40,098 bases of DNA. Source: Candidatus Hadarchaeota archaeon (GTDB lineage Archaea > CAYQAE01 > CAYVLA01). The stretch spans positions 1 through 40,098 of the forward strand of contig CAYVLA010000019.1 of the NCBI GenBank assembly GCA_964452145.1, read 5' to 3'. The translations under genes and the position numbers were made by a program. The notes below the pieces were generated by a model. It did no database searches, was not told the DNA's origin, and was given only the letters and a program-made list of their open reading frames with translations. Positions 38,230 to 40,098 of the stretch are shown here, piece after piece. The first letter of the stretch is position 1; every line of letters begins with the position of its first letter.

Positions 38230-38670
38230 TTGAGCCAACAACAGCCTCGATTGGAGGCAGGTAAAAATACCCACGAGAATATCATATACGCCTGTTTCGG
38301 CGGATTCTCAAACACCGGAGTAACCGCTGCGCTGGCGAGCATCGAAGCGGTGAAGGAGCTGGGATTGAAGAAGGCCGCGATCGGTTGCCTCGCGGGGCTG
38401 CCCACGGAGGTCCCCCCGGTCTTCGCCAAGACCAAGGCGGCCAGAAGGGTGGTGTCTGTGGACGGTTGTCCCTTTGAGTGCAGCAGGAAGACGCTTGAAA
38501 AGGCAGGGTTCGCCGTTACAAAGAGCATCGTGCTGGTCAGGGACATCGGGATGAAGAAGAAAGCCCTCCACGAGGAGGTTGAGAAAGGCTCAAAGCCGTT
38601 GATGGACTACATATCGGAAGACGATGTCAGGCGTGCCAAGGAACTCATAATCGGGGCTGTGTGCAGCTAG
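38230..38670 (+). CDS. DGC domain (putative zinc-binding) protein
   Basis: YACFGGFSNTG, IGCLAG, VDGCPFECSRK. Start moved to TTG 38230 after GGAGG. Confidence 0.88.
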   Translation: MSQQQPRLEAGKNTHENIIYACFGGFSNTGVTAALASIEAVKELGLKKAAIGCLAGLPTEVPPVFAKTKAARRVVSVDGCPFECSRKTLEKAGFAVTKSIVLVRDIGMKKKALHEEVEKGSKPLMDYISEDDVRRAKELIIGAVCS

Positions 38671-38716
38671 GGCGGACTCGCAAGAGATCTGGACACGCCT
38701 ATCAGAGTTGGACGTC

Positions 38717-39418
38717 ATGGCGGGAACGGAACTATTGAAGGTCGAACCCCCCGAGGGCTATCCGCCCGAAACGGGCCGGTACCTTAGAGGCAATGACTAC
38801 TCCCCGGTGGCTGTGGCGGCAATCCTTGACACCTTCGACTTCAAGATTCCTCCCGAGCTTGTGAGGCTCATCGAGGTAGCCATTGAAGCCGGAGCCGCGC
38901 TTGCAGGAACGCTCCAGACGGAGAACATCGGCATTGAGAAGTTGATCGCAAATGTGGTGGCCAATCCGAACATCAGATACTTGGTCATCTGCTGGCGAGA
39001 ATCGCCTGGACATCTTCCGGCGGATGCGTTGTGTAAGCTCATTGACAACGGGGTTGCACAGGACAAGAAGCGGACCATAGCCGGGGCGAGGGCTCCGTCG
39101 CCCTATCTCCCAAACATATCTCTGGAGGCAATCGAAAGGTTCAGAAAACAGGTGAGCATAGTCAACCTCATCTCGGAAGAGGATCCCAAGAGGGCGATGG
39201 ACGCGGAGATGATAAGGAAGGCCGTCTGTTGCTGCATCCAGGAGAAGCCCACCGAGTTCCTAGGCTACACCCTCCACGATCCCGGAGCATGGCCCGAGCC
39301 TGCCATCTGCAGGAAGATATCGCTGAGAATAGAGGAGCCGTGGAAACCGGAGTTGAGCCGGAGGGAGCAGGAGATCCTGGACCGGATCAGGAAGTCCGCG
39401 AAAAGAGGCGATGGATGA
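38717..39418 (+). CDS. mtrA: Stand-alone soluble MtrA-like corrinoid protein (tetrahydromethanopterin S-methyltransferase subunit A homolog)
   Basis: YP...G.Y..G...SPVAV, TENIGIEKLIANVVANPNIRYL.IC..E..GH (cobalt-ligand His), I.GA....PYL.NI..EAIERFRKQV; no C-terminal TM. Start 38717 or 38708. Confidence 0.9.
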   Translation: MAGTELLKVEPPEGYPPETGRYLRGNDYSPVAVAAILDTFDFKIPPELVRLIEVAIEAGAALAGTLQTENIGIEKLIANVVANPNIRYLVICWRESPGHLPADALCKLIDNGVAQDKKRTIAGARAPSPYLPNISLEAIERFRKQVSIVNLISEEDPKRAMDAEMIRKAVCCCIQEKPTEFLGYTLHDPGAWPEPAICRKISLRIEEPWKPELSRREQEILDRIRKSAKRGDG

Positions 39419-39837
39419 CGAGTCGCGATCCTGGGGGCTCCATCATGTCCGGTTCCAAGATTCGCAAGAATGGAGAGGTTCTCAAGAGGCAAGTGCTTGT
39501 CGAGATATTGGAAGGTGACCCCTTCGAGGGGTGCTGTGCACCTGCAGTGGCTTCTGAGAGCGCCGTCGCGGAGCTTCGGAACCTCTTGGCGAAGCGAGAG
39601 GCCATCATCAAGTCTTTGGATCATCGCTTTGGCGACCGCATCCGGATCGAAAGGACGATTCTAAGCCGCAGGAGGCGCGCCGACTCCTATCCTCAACACG
39701 TACGACCCCACCTGGGAAAGGACGTGAAGCCACCGCTCATCTTGGTAGACCAACGCCTCGTCTGGCACGGCGACTTTCCATCGCAGGGGGCTTTCGAACA
39801 GATCATTGAAGGAGCCCTAGCAGATGCCCGCGCCTAG
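39415..39837 (+). CDS. ArsD-like thioredoxin-fold protein with vicinal CC
   Basis: ATGA overlap with the mtrA stop; EILEGDPFEGCC resembles ArsD FDPAMCC; PLILVD...W.GDFPS resembles the ArsD C-terminal LP..L.DG....G.YP. Confidence 0.65.
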   Translation: MTSRDPGGSIMSGSKIRKNGEVLKRQVLVEILEGDPFEGCCAPAVASESAVAELRNLLAKREAIIKSLDHRFGDRIRIERTILSRRRRADSYPQHVRPHLGKDVKPPLILVDQRLVWHGDFPSQGAFEQIIEGALADARA

Positions 39838-40037
39838 CAGAGCAGAGGGTCCCTGAGACCCATCCTCGAGAAGCATGCCATGGGCGTCTGCAGTCTCATT
39901 GAGTTGGCAGGAAGACGGAATCGGGATGCCACAAGGACGATGGCGAGTCGTAGCCTTGCGTGGCCGGACAGTGAACGCCATCACAAGCAAGCCTACACCG
40001 CCAGTGAACATCGTGCGGCCAACTGCTCATCTTCAGG

Positions 40038-40098
40038 CTAGATTGGCGGGCTGCGCGGGAACCAGTTGCGCGTGCGAAGGCAGATCTTGACCAACATG
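40038..40098 (-). CDS. acr3: 3' tail of probable Acr3 arsenite efflux transporter (rest lies beyond window)
   Basis: Manual translation MLVKICLRTRNWFPRSPPI-stop resembles the segment following EVPVML at Acr3 C-termini; fits ars context. Only 19 aa visible. Confidence 0.55.
   Translation of the reverse strand, partial: MLVKICLRTRNWFPRSPPI

Noticed and set aside
38717..39418. mtrA as evidence of methanogenesis
   Set aside because: No other mtr or mcr genes in the window and no membrane anchor; the context is arsenic-related.
39875..40090. 71 aa plus-strand ORF at the window end
   Set aside because: No motif; overlaps the better-supported Acr3-like tail on the minus strand.
1..40098. CRISPR arrays, rRNA/tRNA, integrases, transposases, inteins in RadA/Cdc6, Sec/Pyl readthrough
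   Set aside because: None seen by eye; RadA and Cdc6 are normal length and the redox CxxC motifs are intact cysteine codons.

Overview
Archaeal chromosomal segment of high GC content, identified by TATA/BRE promoters, many leaderless genes, RadA, Orc1/Cdc6, TrpB2 and an HTH_10 regulator. The left and middle parts hold three families of paralogous cell-surface proteins, a beta-propeller surface protein, prs, hisG with an MtnA-like isomerase, divergent cdc6 and radA (possible origin between them), a LeuCD-type hydratase plus an IDH-family dehydrogenase, an ABC-2 exporter with its regulator, a zinc-finger/TM-cyclophilin, a GH36-like glycosidase, trpB2, an NAD-kinase-like protein and an amidohydrolase. 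The right end (29.1 kb to the window edge) looks like an arsenic/metalloid island. It contains ArsR, thioredoxin-CcdA, a small thioredoxin, an ArsP-like DUF318 permease, a degraded permease pair, a cupin, the probable 3' tail of acr3, and an operon of a DGC protein, a soluble MtrA-like corrinoid protein and an ArsD-like protein. Three copies of a TTCAA-N6-TTGAA palindrome link these promoters into a putative ArsR regulon. The best novelty candidate is this ArsR-controlled, corrinoid-based metalloid (de)methylation module. All calls come from motif recognition by eye; no searches were run. Several starts were moved from the ORF track using SD or TATA spacing.
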